Shown: in pieces, positions 47,892 to 62,500 of the stretch | How the letters are laid out: each line of letters opens with the position of its first letter | How positions within the stretch are numbered: the stretch's first letter is position 1 | Assembly: GCF_964204645.1 (NCBI RefSeq) | Contig: NC_134030.1 | Span: 15,500,110 to 15,564,109 of the forward strand | Length of the DNA: 64,000 bases | Reading direction: 5' to 3' | Source: Tubulanus polymorphus | Lineage: Eukaryota > Animalia > Nemertea | Program-made: the position numbers and the translations under genes | Notes under the pieces: model-generated | Databases searched by the model: none | The model's input: the letters and a program-made list of their open reading frames with translations, nothing else | What the model was told of the DNA's origin: nothing

Positions 47892-50800
47892 GTTACTGTT
47901 TGTGAATAGCGTCGACATGATGGAAATATATTACCCATAAATAGGTTACACATCTGGATCACAGCACCTCACTTGCCACAGTGCATTATTTTCACTGCAT
48001 AGTAATGCTAATACATAAACTTTTTTACTACTTGACTCTAAGCTTGACGCGAATCATCTGAACACTACTGCGTTTGAAAACTCAACGAATAGAAAATGTT
48101 TGTGGGAAGCGCCTATAAATAAGTTATGATAAGATTAATTAATCGATGCTTAAAAAACAATTAAATCACAAGGTGACTAACACCCGTCATTGAACCAATC
48201 TGCGCAATAAATCATTAAACGCATTGGGTTCCTAATATTTGAAATCATTTGATACAATAGTTGTTCTTTAGACTTGGCCACTTTCGTTTCAGAAAACCGC
48301 GTACTAGACCAGTGGTCACCAAGGCATTAAACATTCCTTCAAGATTTGAAAATTCGATGGTAACGCGGATTTTTCCGCCTCTAAAAACCTGTTTTGTTGA
48401 TATTTCAAGTTTTTTTACTCTTGTATAGAATTCTACGAAAGCGTCCCGGGGACATATCTATTAAAAATAATTCGAGGTAATTCCGAGTTTGTAACTCGGA
48501 ATCAACTAGTTTTCTCAGTTAAATGGGATTTTTGAGGCAAGTAGTACAAATATCAATGAAGTTCACTTATCATATCAAGTACCGTTTTTAATGTCGCATG
48601 CGAGCCCCCTATATTTCACACAAATTGGACAACTTTTCGAAACAAAAAGATCTATCCAACTGCATATCTTCGGTATAAAATGTGATATCCTTCAGTATAT
48701 TATGAATATCTTTAAAAATGTGTATTCTAGTGTAATACCCGAAGGTTTAACTATCGGACACATAAAATATTCGCCATAATCAGAAATTTTTCTTCGAGAA
48801 ACAAAGATCTTTAAAAGAACGATTGGCGTCAAACTAATCCACAATGGACTGTTGTGAATTTATTGAATAATCCACCTGATAAATTTAATGATTTCGAGGC
48901 GAAATTTATTCATTAAAATCAAAAATGCATGAATAACTTGACGTTATTTGCAGATCTCATGAAACACTATCGTGCACTCTTTTTAAATCTAAAATAGCAT
49001 AAAAACATGTGTGTTTCGTTATAAACAAGGTTAAATTCCAAACATGAAATATGGAGCTTGTAACACACGATACACACATCTTGCATTTTCTCTAACTAGG
49101 CCCTTTCCAAATGGCAATTGTTCAGCTTTTTAACGGCCGACATTCGGAGGTACCTAAAAACCGGTGGTATAGCACTTGAGATTTTCAATGCAGGCCACAT
49201 CTCACATTGACTCGGCTCGCGGTCGTTTGTTTAATGGGAACACATCTGGATGATTGGAAAAATTGCTCCACTTAAAACGGATTTAAACATAAAATCATTA
49301 TTTTCAAAATATTCAATTTTGTCCGATTTTGAAGAAATTCTGACACTATTATCTTTATACTCGACACATGATTTTACTTCGGCGTCTTTTAAGAGAGTGT
49401 CCCATAAAGTTGAGTTCATACTTAGTCAAACAAGAAGGTATGTCTGATTCCTTTTTAGATTTTAAATTTCAACAGATATCATCAAATTACTAGAAAGGGA
49501 CAGCAGTTTTCGGTCATCCGCGAAAAATACCTAAAATGCTGCCCTAGGGTTATAGAAAAACCGGGGTACGAATGATGAATACAACTGATAAAACGCCAAT
49601 TTTACTGATTCTTGCACATAAAGGCGCTTTAGAGTAATCCAGTAAACAGATGTGTTTTTATGAGTATTTTGAATTTAAATTCGGGACGAATATTGAGCAT
49701 TCTAGGGCTGGAGCAAGAAACGTGTGGGATCTTCCGCCATAAGTATCGCCAGAGATAATAAGGAGCCAGTCAGTGGTGACTATTGAAAGCGACAACCGCA
49801 TATGAATGCATTGATTGAATGACATTTTAAAAGTCATATTATATAAAATTGAACATGATATATGGACAGTTAATTCCATACTGGTAAAAATGATGCCCAA
49901 TATGTAATATAAATGTTCAATAAAAAAGTAGAAACTGAATCCATAATTCAGTATGGTATTGTTATAACATCAAAACCTCAAATTCAATCTCTAACATTGT
50001 GAACTGTTCAACAAGTTGGAGTTTGCGTAAAGATGAATGGATTGGAATTCAGATAGTACCGTTTGAATGTCTATCGCTCAATCTCTTTATTGATCATAAA
50101 AAATTGTGGTAAAATATTTAACTCTAGGGTTGGTTTTAGATTGTATCTCTCCACGCCAGAGGTATTCACGGATATTGGACTACAAACAAATTCCTTGTGT
50201 ACAGCTCATCTTTTTAAATCCCTGGATAAGCTCGCTTCGGATATATCTCAGTAATGATTATTTTTCCCAAAAATTCTCCCCTTCGAAAAACCTAAACAAC
50301 CAATGTACGCTTGCTCTAAGTTTGCCATTGCACTATTGTTACCTTTTCTAGCTATTTGTACTGTTTGTCGCAAATAGATTGCGTCCTCTATTACAGGAAT
50401 TAAGGATACAGCTCTGGGACAAGTTTCTCAACAAACGTTAGTTTAAATTAACCATCATCCAATATGATACATGACCAAATACACTGACAAAGGTCCAATG
50501 TACACATTTCAAACTTCAAACCATGTTTTATCATTAGAAAATTACGACACAACCTACGATCTCTCACTAGAGATCACCTCTTTTGAATTTGTACACAGTG
50601 AGTTTTCGTATCGTATTATCGTATTTTCAATTCTCTGCATTTGAGTGTGACTATTCTACAATTACAAAGTTATTTTAGCAATGAAGTTTTAATTATCCAC
50701 TGGTAAACTTACTCACTTTTGGCAACTGACCTAAGATCGTGGATTGGTCTCAGGTGGCCTGCTGATCCACTCTGTTTTTACTTCTAAAGGAATATACAGT

Positions 50801-51377
50801 ATAAGAATTAAAAAGTATATTTTATGTACTATATCTTTATATCGCGATAAATCGTGTACGTATGATTGAAAAAACGATATTCTATCGAGTCTCATGATAA
50901 TCAATAATTAGCAACCCAAGCAGCTTAAGTTTTCATCCTACCAAAATTTTCCTCGAAACTCTCAGCATTATTTCAAGGGTCGGTGTTAGAAAATATATGA
51001 AGGACGCGTTCACAGGTTAACGAGGCCAAAAATCTTCCCGAAAATTTCAAATTTTTACAAGCAAAAAATATTTCATGTCCACAAATTGCAAATTGTGTTT
51101 TCAAAGTAAACGATTGAGTGTGGAATTGTTTCGAATTCAAGGTTCTCCCATTAACACTCCGGTATTTTTCAATAAGGTAAGTCAAACTATTGTTGATGTG
51201 ATCAGATGGCCAGTTAAATACCATTATATTGAAAGATATGTTATATTTAATGCATCTTTTCTAAGGCCTTACAGTCTTCTCCATTGGTCAGCAGTAATTG
51301 GAAGATGTGGGTTTCATACCAGAGTACGAGAGTACGAGACACCACTCATCACCACAAGTAATTTTTTTCCCTTATAA

Positions 51378-51680
51378 ATGGGGGATAGTAAAGCATTCTT
51401 AGCAACAATAAATAACAGAATAAAACCAGCAAAAAAACAATTTGAAAAAAGAAATTGAACAAAAAATATTGAAATTAGAAAAGATAAAAATAAAATATGG
51501 AGAGAAAGTATCAGCGAATTTAAGCTACTGTAATGTTAGTACATCGCGAGAATTTAAAGTATTTTTACCTGATAAATGGGTTTCATTGAGTACAGAGGAA
51601 TTAAAAGATTTATAAGGATTTAAAATAATCTATCATGGGAAAAATGAAGACGGTCATCATGATTTAGAAATTGTTGATTA
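51378..51680 (+). pseudogene. Small TIR-proximal ORF (KYGEK..VFLP..IIYHGK), disrupted
   Basis: TAAATG start; homologue in mini-Polinton #2. Confidence 0.45.
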
Positions 51681-52705
51681 AATAGAAAAATAAAAATAAT
51701 GAATATCTAGAAACCAAAATGACCTTAGTCGTTTTACGAATAACTTACTATAATCATGCTAACCAAACATCTGTTACATGAAGAGAGTACTTCATTTGAA
51801 TATTGATTGATCAAACAGGTGTTGCAATTCAACGTTGTTGTTATATTGGATACCTAGCAGTTATATAATAAGCACGCAGTACATACAACACACACAGGAT
51901 ACATTCTCTCTCGTGATTAAAAGGAATTCAGTTTTCAAGGTAAGTTTTAGCAAAATTGCCCTATCCTCGACCTACAGAGTTTTCAGGGGATAAGCATCCC
52001 ATTATTGAAAGGCGCCACGGAACGCTTATCCCCAGTCATTTCTACTTACACCCCCGCGACCCACGTCAACCGGGATCTCCTTCAATGATTGGCAGAAATC
52101 ACATTATATTAAAGGCGCCTAATGTAATTTCTACCAATCTCGAAATTCGAAACCGAGGGAGAAACCCGGAGAGTAGACGAAGGTGCATTTTCAAAATGCC
52201 TCTGCTGGCCAGAGCTACTCTAGTAGTGAATTGAATTACCTTATATACTTAGCTAAAACACCGAAGTAAATGTTGCTGGTGTTTACTAAAGATATACGTG
52301 AAATTTGAAATTATAAATTATTTCGAATGAAAAGAATATAAGAATGAAAACTGATAAATGAATTATGGATTTGTAACTTAATTATGATATAATTTTTAAT
52401 CAAATTAGTAATCAGTTATCCATGTTAATTGATTAACAAATTCAAATTCAAATATTCATTTCAGCATCACACCCAGTGCTGCCATCTTTCAATGTAAGAA
52501 AAAACTAATAATAAGAAACGACTGTAATACAATATTCAAGTAAAAACTTCAAATTAAAAAACAAAATAAATTAATAAAAATAATGAATATCTAGAATCCG
52601 AAATGACTTATCTGGACAATTTAATTGCTCCACATAGATAGACAAAAGTAGTGAGATATTCAATTAATTAAGAAAAATTATTTTTTTTGCTTTTTTTCTA
52701 AAATA

Positions 52706-53062
52706 TTAATCCATTTTTTTTATTGTCAATTTTGGAATTTCAGAAGTATTTTCATTTTTGATAGCAGTTGTTTCAGAATTATTAATATCGTGAATTTTAT
52801 TTGATTTCTTATACCAATTACGCCCAATCAAAATGAATACAATTACAAATCCATCTGTAAAATATAGACATTTATCAAATATTCTATTATTAGAAGGAGT
52901 AGAAATTACAATATTTTCACAATTTTTATTACTTATTTTTTCTTTTACAGCTTTTTTATACTCTTGTGATTTAATTCCTAATTGCCGAGACCATTCAATT
53001 TGTTTCTGAGTTCTCGGTTCTTTCTTCACAGTTAATTCCTTCACTTCTTCCACTACGCTCAT
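52706..53062 (-). CDS. Polinton accessory protein: basic helix + TM segment
   Basis: TQKQIEWSRQLG..K-rich and GFVIVFILIG. TAAATG start overlapping the upstream ORF. Confidence 0.55.
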   Translation of the reverse strand: MSVVEEVKELTVKKEPRTQKQIEWSRQLGIKSQEYKKAVKEKISNKNCENIVISTPSNNRIFDKCLYFTDGFVIVFILIGRNWYKKSNKIHDINNSETTAIKNENTSEIPKLTIKKMD

Positions 53063-53570
53063 TTATTATAGAAAAATTTTTACTTTCAATATTTGAAAAT
53101 GTTATAACTCCAGTTGATAATAATGTCATAAATCCACCTAATTGAAATGATAAATATCCAATCCATTTATTTAATTCAGTCATAACTAAATAATCATTTT
53201 TTAAATCAGCATATAATCTATTTTCATCTTCAATTGGCAGCATATAATTACATAATTTACTATAACCTTTTACTACATTTTCAGATATCGCGTCATTAAT
53301 TCTAGCTGTTCTCGCGGTTTCATAAATCTTGAATAATCTAATAATTGCATCTGATTTCATTGTATCGAATTCATTATAAGTTAAATTTTTACCGATAAAA
53401 TTTTTACATTTTCCAGATGCTATTAATATTTCTAAATGATGTTTACAATAGAGATAATTTTCATAATTATTATTTGTTGTAACATTATTTAAAGCACCAT
53501 CATCTGGAGTTAATTTTGTTTCTGTTATTCCTAAATCATCTAAAGTTTTTTCAATTGGAACATCGCCATT
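52995..53570 (-). CDS. Conserved Polinton accessory protein (start damaged next to the satellite)
   Basis: LIASGKCKNFIGKNLT..FKIYE..LYADLKND..GGFMTLLSTG resembles a conserved ORF of invertebrate Polintons (recalled, not searched). Confidence 0.55.
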   Translation of the reverse strand, partial: NGDVPIEKTLDDLGITETKLTPDDGALNNVTTNNNYENYLYCKHHLEILIASGKCKNFIGKNLTYNEFDTMKSDAIIRLFKIYETARTARINDAISENVVKGYSKLCNYMLPIEDENRLYADLKNDYLVMTELNKWIGYLSFQLGGFMTLLSTGVITFSNIESKNFSIINERSGRSEGINCEERTENSETN

Positions 53571-53594
53571 TTTAGATTTTATTTTCTTTTGAAT

Positions 53595-56500
53595 GAATTC
53601 TCGCTGGCGATAAAACCAAAGTAATGAATCGTCGTAGGCGATAAAACCAAAATATTGAATTTTTCGCGGGCGATAAAACCAAAATATTGAATTGTCGCGG
53701 GCAACAAAACCAAAATATTGAATTGTCGCGGGCGACAAAACAAAAATAATGAATTATCGCGGGCGATAAAACCAAAATATTGAATTGTCGCGGTCGATAA
53801 AACCAAAATATTGAATTGTCGCGGGCGTCAAAACCAAAACCAAGAATTGTCGCGGGCGACAAAACCAAAATAATGAATTGTCGCTGGAGAAAAAACCAAA
53901 GTAATGAATTGTCGTGGGCGATAAAACCAAAATATTGAATTGTCGCGGGCGATTAAACAGTAATAATGAATTGTCGCGGGCGATAAAACCAAAATAATGA
54001 ATTTTCCCTAGTGACAAAACCAAAATAATGAATTATCGCGGGCGATAAAACCAAAATATTGAATTTTCGCAGGCGATAAAACCAAAATTATGAATTGTCG
54101 CGGGCGATAAAACCAGAATAATGAATTTTTCGCGGGCGATAAAACCAAAATAATGAATTGTCGCGGGCAACAAAACCAAAATATTGAATTGTCGCGGGCG
54201 ACAAAAACAAAGTATAAAACCAAAATAATGAATTGTCGCGGGCGTCAAAACCAAAAACAAGAATTGTCGCGGGCGACAAAACCAAAATAATGAATTGTCG
54301 CTGGAGATAAAACCAAAGTAATGAATTGTCGTGGGCGATAAAACCAAAATATTGAATTTTCGCGGGCGACAAAACCAAAATATTGAATTGTCGCGGGCGA
54401 CAAAACCAAAAAAAGAATTGTCGGGGCGACAAAACCAAAGTTTAAAACGAAAATAATGAATTGTCGCGGGCGTCAAAACCAAAAACAAGAATTGTCGCGG
54501 GCGACAAAACCAAAATAATGAATTGTCGCTGGAGATAAAACCAAAGTAATGAATTGTCGTGGGCGATAAAACCAAAATATTGAATTTTCGGGGGCGACAA
54601 AACCAAAATATTGAATTGTCGCGGGCGACAAAACCCAAAAAAGAATTGTCGGGGCGACAAAACCAAAATAATGAATTGTCGCCGGCGATAAAACCAAAAT
54701 AATGAATTGTCGCGGGCGATTAAACAGTAATAATGAATTGTCGCGGGCGATAAAACAAAAATAATGAATTTTCTCACGCGACAAAACCAAAATAATGAAT
54801 TGTCACGGGCGATTAAACAGTAATAATGAATTGTCGCGGGCGTCAAAACCAAAAACAAGAATTGTCGCGGGCGACAAGACCAAAATAATGAATTGTCGCT
54901 GGAGATAAAACCAAAGTAATGAATTGTCGTAGGCGATAAAACCAAAATATTGAATTTTTCGCGGGCGACAAAACCAAAATATTGAATTGTCCGGGGCGAT
55001 AAAACCAAAATAATGAATTTTCTCGGGCGACAAAACCAAAATAATGAATTATGGCGGGCGACAAAACCAAAATATTGAATTGTCGCGGACGACAAAAACA
55101 AAATATTTAAAAAAAATAATGAATTGTCTCGGGCCACAAAACCAAAAAGAAGAATTGTCGCAGGCGACAAAACAAAAATAATGAATTGTCGCTGGAGATA
55201 AAACTAAAGTAACGAATTGTCGCGGGTGATAAAACCAAAATATTGAATTGTCGCGGGCGACAAAACCAAAAACAAAAATTGTCGCGGGCGACAAAAACAA
55301 AATATAAAACCAAAATAATGAATTGTCGCGGGCGACAAAACCAAAATAATGAATTCTCGCTGGCGATAAAACCAAAGTAATGAATCGTCGTAGGCGATAA
55401 AACCAAATATTGAATTTTTCGCGGGCGATAAAACCAAAATATTGAATTGTCGCGGGCGACAAAACCAAAATATTGAATTGTCGCGGGCGACAAAACCAAA
55501 ATAATGAATTTTCGTGGGCGATAAAACCAAAATATTGAATTGTCGCGGGCGACAAATCCAAACTAATGAATTGTCACTGGCGACAAAACCAAAAAAAGAA
55601 TTTTCGGGGCGACAAAACCAAAATAATGAATTGTCGCGGGCGATAAAACCAAAATAATGAATTATCGCGGGCGATAAAACCAAAATATTGAATTGTCGCT
55701 GGCAACAAAACCAAAATATTAAATTGTCGCAGGCGACAAAACCAAAAAAAAAATTGTCGCGGGCGACAAAAACAAAGTTTAAAACGAAAATAATGAATTG
55801 TCGCGGGCGTCAAAACCAAAAACAAGAATTGTCGCGGGCGACAAAACCAAAATAATGAATTGTCGCTGGAGATAAAACCAAAGTAATGAATTGTCGTGGG
55901 CGATAAAACCAAAATATTGAATTTTCGCGGGCGACAAAACCAAAATATTGAATTGTCGCGGGCGACAAAACCAAAAAAAGAATTGTCGGGGCGACAAAAC
56001 CAAAATAATGAATTGTCGCGGGCGATAAAACCAAAATAATGAATTGTCGCGAGCGACAAAACCAAAATGGTGAATTGTCGCGGGCGACAAAACCAAAGTA
56101 ATGAATTGTCGCGGGCGATAAAACCAAAATAATGAATTGTCGCGGGCGATAAAACCAAAATAATGAATTGTTCCGGCCGACAAAACCAAAATGGTGAATT
56201 GACGCGGGCGACAAAACCAAAATGGTGAATTGTCGCGGGCGACAAAACCAAAATGGTGAAATGTCGCGTGCGATAAAACCAAAGTAATGAATTGTCGTGG
56301 GCGATAAAACCAAAATAATGAATTGTCTCGTGGGACAAAAACAAAATATTGAATTGTCACGTGCGACAAAACCAAAATAATGAATTATCGCGGGCGATAA
56401 AACCAAAATATTGAATTGTCGCGGGCGATAAAACCAAAATATTGAATTGTCGCGGGCGATAAAACCAAAATAATGAATTGTCGCGGGCGACAAAACCAAA

Positions 56501-59500
56501 ATAATGAATTGTCGCGTGCGTCAAAACCAAAACCAAGAACTATCGCGGGCGACAAAACCAAAATAATGAATTGTCGCTGGAGATAAAACCAAAGTAATGA
56601 ATTGTCGTGGGCGATAAAACCAAAATATTGAATTGTCGCGGGCGACGAAACCAAACTAATGAATTGTCACGGGCCACATAACCAAAAAAAGAATTGTCGG
56701 GGCGACAAAACCAAAATAATGAATTGTCGTGGGCGATAAAAACCAAAATATTGAATTGTCGCGGGCGACAAATCCAAACTAATGAATTGTCACTGGCGAC
56801 AAAACGAAAAAAAGAATTTTCGGGGCGACAAAACCAAAATAATGAATTGTCGCGGGCGATAAAACCAAAATAATGAATTATCGCGGGCGATAAAACCAAA
56901 ATATTGAATTGTCGCGGCCGATAAAACCAAAATATTAAATTGTCGCGGGCGACAAAACCAAAAAAAAAATTGTCGCGGGCGACAAAAACAAAGTTTAAAA
57001 CGAAAATGCTGAATTGTCGCGGGCGTCAAAACCAAAAACCAGAATTGTCGCGGGCGACAAAACCAAAATAATGAATTGTCGCTGGAGATAAAACCAAAGT
57101 AATGAATTGTCGTGGGTGATAAAACCAAAATATTGAATTTTCGCGGGCTACAAAACCAAAATATTGAATTGTCGCGGGCGAAAAAACCAAAAAAAGAATT
57201 GTCGGGGCGACAAAACCAAAATAATGAATTGTCGCGGGCGATAAAACCAAAATAATGAATGGTCGCGAGCGACAAAACCAAAATGGTGAATTGTCGCGGG
57301 CGACAAAACCAAAATAATGAATTGTCGCGGGCGATAAAACCAAAATAATGAATTGTCGCGGGCGATAAAACCAAAATAATGAATTGTTCCGGCCGACAAA
57401 ACCAAAATATTGAATTTTTCGCGGGCGATAAAACCAAAATATTGAATTGTCGCGGGCAACAAAACCAAAATATTGAATTGTCGCGGGCGACAAAACAAAA
57501 ATAATGAATTATCGCGGGCGATAAAACCAAAATATTGAATTGTCGCGGTCGATAAAACCAAAATATTGAATTGTCGCGGGCGTCAAAACCAAAACCAAGA
57601 ATTGTCGCGGGCGACAAAACCAAAATAATGAATTGTCGCTGGAGAAAAAACCAAAGTAATGAATTGTCGTGGGCGATAAAACCAAAATATTGAATTGTCG
57701 CGGGCGATTAAACAGTAATAATGAATTGTCGCGGGCGATAAAACCAAAATAATGAATTTTCCCTAGTGACAAAACCAAAATAATGAATTATCGCGGGCGA
57801 TAAAACCAAAATATTGAATTTTCGCAGGCGATAAAACCAAAATTATGAATTGTCGCGGGCGATAAAACCAGAATAATGAATTTTTCGCGGGCGATAAAAC
57901 CAAAATAATGAATTGTCGCGGGCAACAAAACCAAAATATTGAATTGTCGCGGGCGACAAAAACAAAGTATAAAACCAAAATAATGAATTGTCGCGGGCGT
58001 CAAAACCAAAAACAAGAATTGTCGCGGGCGACAAAACCAAAATAATGAATTGTCGCTGGAGATAAAACCAAAGTAATGAATTGTCGTGGGCGATAAAACC
58101 AAAATATTGAATTTTCGCGGGCGACAAAACCAAAATATTGAATTGTCGCGGGCGACAAAACCAAAAAAAGAATTGTCGGGGCGACAAAACCAAAGTTTAA
58201 AACGAAAATAATGAATTGTCGCGGGCGTCAAAACCAAAAACAAGAATTGTCGCGGGCGACAAAACCAAAATAATGAATTGTCGCTGGAGATAAAACCAAA
58301 GTAATGAATTGTCGTGGGCGATAAAACCAAAATATTGAATTTTCGGGGGCGACAAAACCAAAATATTGAATTGTCGCGGGCGACAAAACCCAAAAAAGAA
58401 TTGTCGGGGCGACAAAACCAAAATAATGAATTGTCGCCGGCGATAAAACCAAAATAATGAATTGTCGCGGGCGATTAAACAGTAATAATGAATTGTCGCG
58501 GGCGATAAAACAAAAATAATGAATTTTCTCACGCGACAAAACCAAAATAATGAATTGTCACGGGCGATTAAACAGTAATAATGAATTGTCGCGGGCGTCA
58601 AAACCAAAAACAAGAATTGTCGCGGGCGACAAGACCAAAATAATGAATTGTCGCTGGAGATAAAACCAAAGTAATGAATTGTCGTAGGCGATAAAACCAA
58701 AATATTGAATTTTTCGCGGGCGACAAAACCAAAATATTGAATTGTCCGGGGCGATAAAACCAAAATAATGAATTTTCTCGGGCGACAAAACCAAAATAAT
58801 GAATTATGGCGGGCGACAAAACCAAAATATTGAATTGTCGCGGACGACAAAAACAAAATATTTAAAAAAAATAATGAATTGTCTCGGGCCACAAAACCAA
58901 AAAGAAGAATTGTCGCAGGCGACAAAACAAAAATAATGAATTGTCGCTGGAGATAAAACTAAAGTAACGAATTGTCGCGGGTGATAAAACCAAAATATTG
59001 AATTGTCGCGGGCGACAAAACCAAAAACAAAAATTGTCGCGGGCGACAAAAACAAAATATAAAACCAAAATAATGAATTGTCGCGGGCGACAAAACCAAA
59101 ATAATGAATTCTCGCTGGCGATAAAACCAAAGTAATGAATCGTCGTAGGCGATAAAACCAAATATTGAATTTTTCGCGGGCGATAAAACCAAAATATTGA
59201 ATTGTCGCGGGCGACAAAACCAAAATATTGAATTGTCGCGGGCGACAAAACCAAAATAATGAATTTTCGTGGGCGATAAAACCAAAATATTGAATTGTCG
59301 CGGGCGACAAATCCAAACTAATGAATTGTCACTGGCGACAAAACCAAAAAAAGAATTTTCGGGGCGACAAAACCAAAATAATGAATTGTCGCGGGCGATA
59401 AAACCAAAATAATGAATTATCGCGGGCGATAAAACCAAAATATTGAATTGTCGCTGGCAACAAAACCAAAATATTAAATTGTCGCAGGCGACAAAACCAA

Positions 59501-62500
59501 AAAAAAAATTGTCGCGGGCGACAAAAACAAAGTTTAAAACGAAAATAATGAATTGTCGCGGGCGTCAAAACCAAAAACAAGAATTGTCGCGGGCGACAAA
59601 ACCAAAATAATGAATTGTCGCTGGAGATAAAACCAAAGTAATGAATTGTCGTGGGCGATAAAACCAAAATATTGAATTTTCGCGGGCGACAAAACCAAAA
59701 TATTGAATTGTCGCGGGCGACAAAACCAAAAAAAGAATTGTCGGGGCGACAAAACCAAAATAATGAATTGTCGCGGGCGATAAAACCAAAATAATGAATT
59801 GTCGCGAGCGACAAAACCAAAATGGTGAATTGTCGCGGGCGACAAAACCAAAGTAATGAATTGTCGCGGGCGATAAAACCAAAATAATGAATTGTCGCGG
59901 GCGATAAAACCAAAATAATGAATTGTTCCGGCCGACAAAACCAAAATGGTGAATTGACGCGGGCGACAAAACCAAAATGGTGAATTGTCGCGGGCGACAA
60001 AACCAAAATGGTGAAATGTCGCGTGCGATAAAACCAAAGTAATGAATTGTCGTGGGCGATAAAACCAAAATAATGAATTGTCTCGTGGGACAAAAACAAA
60101 ATATTGAATTGTCACGTGCGACAAAACCAAAATAATGAATTATCGCGGGCGATAAAACCAAAATATTGAATTGTCGCGGGCGATAAAACCAAAATATTGA
60201 ATTGTCGCGGGCGATAAAACCAAAATAATGAATTGTCGCGGGCGACAAAACCAAAATAATGAATTGTCGCGTGCGTCAAAACCAAAACCAAGAACTATCG
60301 CGGGCGACAAAACCAAAATAATGAATTGTCGCTGGAGATAAAACCAAAGTAATGAATTGTCGTGGGCGATAAAACCAAAATATTGAATTGTCGCGGGCGA
60401 CGAAACCAAACTAATGAATTGTCACGGGCCACATAACCAAAAAAAGAATTGTCGGGGCGACAAAACCAAAATAATGAATTGTCGTGGGCGATAAAAACCA
60501 AAATATTGAATTGTCGCGGGCGACAAATCCAAACTAATGAATTGTCACTGGCGACAAAACGAAAAAAAGAATTTTCGGGGCGACAAAACCAAAATAATGA
60601 ATTGTCGCGGGCGATAAAACCAAAATAATGAATTATCGCGGGCGATAAAACCAAAATATTGAATTGTCGCGGCCGATAAAACCAAAATATTAAATTGTCG
60701 CGGGCGACAAAACCAAAAAAAAAATTGTCGCGGGCGACAAAAACAAAGTTTAAAACGAAAATGCTGAATTGTCGCGGGCGTCAAAACCAAAAACCAGAAT
60801 TGTCGCGGGCGACAAAACCAAAATAATGAATTGTCGCTGGAGATAAAACCAAAGTAATGAATTGTCGTGGGTGATAAAACCAAAATATTGAATTTTCGCG
60901 GGCTACAAAACCAAAATATTGAATTGTCGCGGGCGAAAAAACCAAAAAAAGAATTGTCGGGGCGACAAAACCAAAATAATGAATTGTCGCGGGCGATAAA
61001 ACCAAAATAATGAATGGTCGCGAGCGACAAAACCAAAATGGTGAATTGTCGCGGGCGACAAAACCAAAATAATGAATTGTCGCGGGCGATAAAACCAAAA
61101 TAATGAATTGTCGCGGGCGATAAAACCAAAATAATGAATTGTTCCGGCCGACAAAACCAAAATGGTGAATTGTCGCGGGCGACAAAACCAAAATATTGAA
61201 TTGTCGCGGGCGATAAAACCAAAATAATGAACTGTCGCGGGCAACAAAACCAAAATAATGAATTATCGCGGGCGATAAAACCAAAATATTGAATTGTCGC
61301 AGGCGATAAAACCAAAATATTGAATTGTCGCGGGCGACAAAACCAAAAACAAAAATTGTCGCGGGCGACAAAAACAAAATATAAAACCAAAATAATGAAT
61401 TGTCGCGGGCGACAAAACCAAAATAATGAATTCTCGCTGGCAATAAAACCAAAGTAATGAATCGTCGTAGGCGATAAAACCAAAATATTGAATTTTTCGC
61501 GGGCGATAAAACCAAAATATTGAATTGTCGCGGGCGACAAAACCAAAATATTGAATTGTCGCGGGCGACAAAACCAAAATAATGAATTGTCGTGGGCGAT
61601 AAAACCAAAATATTGAATTGTCGCGGGCGACAAATCCAAACTAATGAATTGTCACTGGCGACAAAACCAAAAAAAGAATTTTCGGGGCGACAAAACCAAA
61701 ATAATGAATTGTCGCGGGCGATAAAACCAAAATAATGAATTATCGCGGGCGATAAAACCAAAATATTGAATTGTCGCTGGCAACAAAACCAAAATATTAA
61801 ATTGTCGCGGGCGACAAAACCAAAAAAAAAATTGTCGCGGGCGACAAAAACAAAGTTTAAAACGAAAATAATTAATTGTCGCGGGCGTCAAAACCAAAAA
61901 CAAGAATTGTCGCGGGCGACAAAACCAAAATAATGAATTGTCGCTGGAGATAAAACCAAAGTAATGAATTGTCGTGGGCGATAAAACCAAAATATTGAAT
62001 TTTCGCGGGCGACAAAACCAAAATATTGAATTGTCGCGGGCGACAAAACCAAAAAAAGAATTGTCGGGGCGACAAAACCAAAATAATGAATTGTCGCGGG
62101 CGATAAAACCAAAATAATGAATTGTCGCGGACGACAAAAACAAAATATTGAATTGTTGCGTGCGACAAAACCAAAATAATGAATTGTCGCGGGCAACAAA
62201 ACCAAACTAGGGGTCCAGGGACACCATGCTCACTTGGGAAGTGGTTTCAAATGCTCAACAATCTAACAATTTCAATACATAACGCCCTCTAGTGACCATA
62301 TACAAAAACCAATGACCTTGAAACCCACCACAATCATAGAACATGTGAGCAGCTATGATTTTGTAATCGATTGTGATAACAAAATATGCCTCGTTACCAA
62401 TTTAATATGGAAATACTAAGTTATTCTACTATTCAACGCCCCCTGGTGACCATATGCAAAACCCAATGACCTTAAAACTCACCCCAATCGTAGTACATGT

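Larger units (their letters stand above)
51293..53595. mobile_element. Left end of another Polinton-family element (TIR subfamily of 35775)
   Basis: AGTAATTGGAAGATGTGGGTTTCATAC, followed by an MGDSKAFLA.. ORF homologous to ~39200-38960 (-). The other end is not in the window. Confidence 0.78.
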
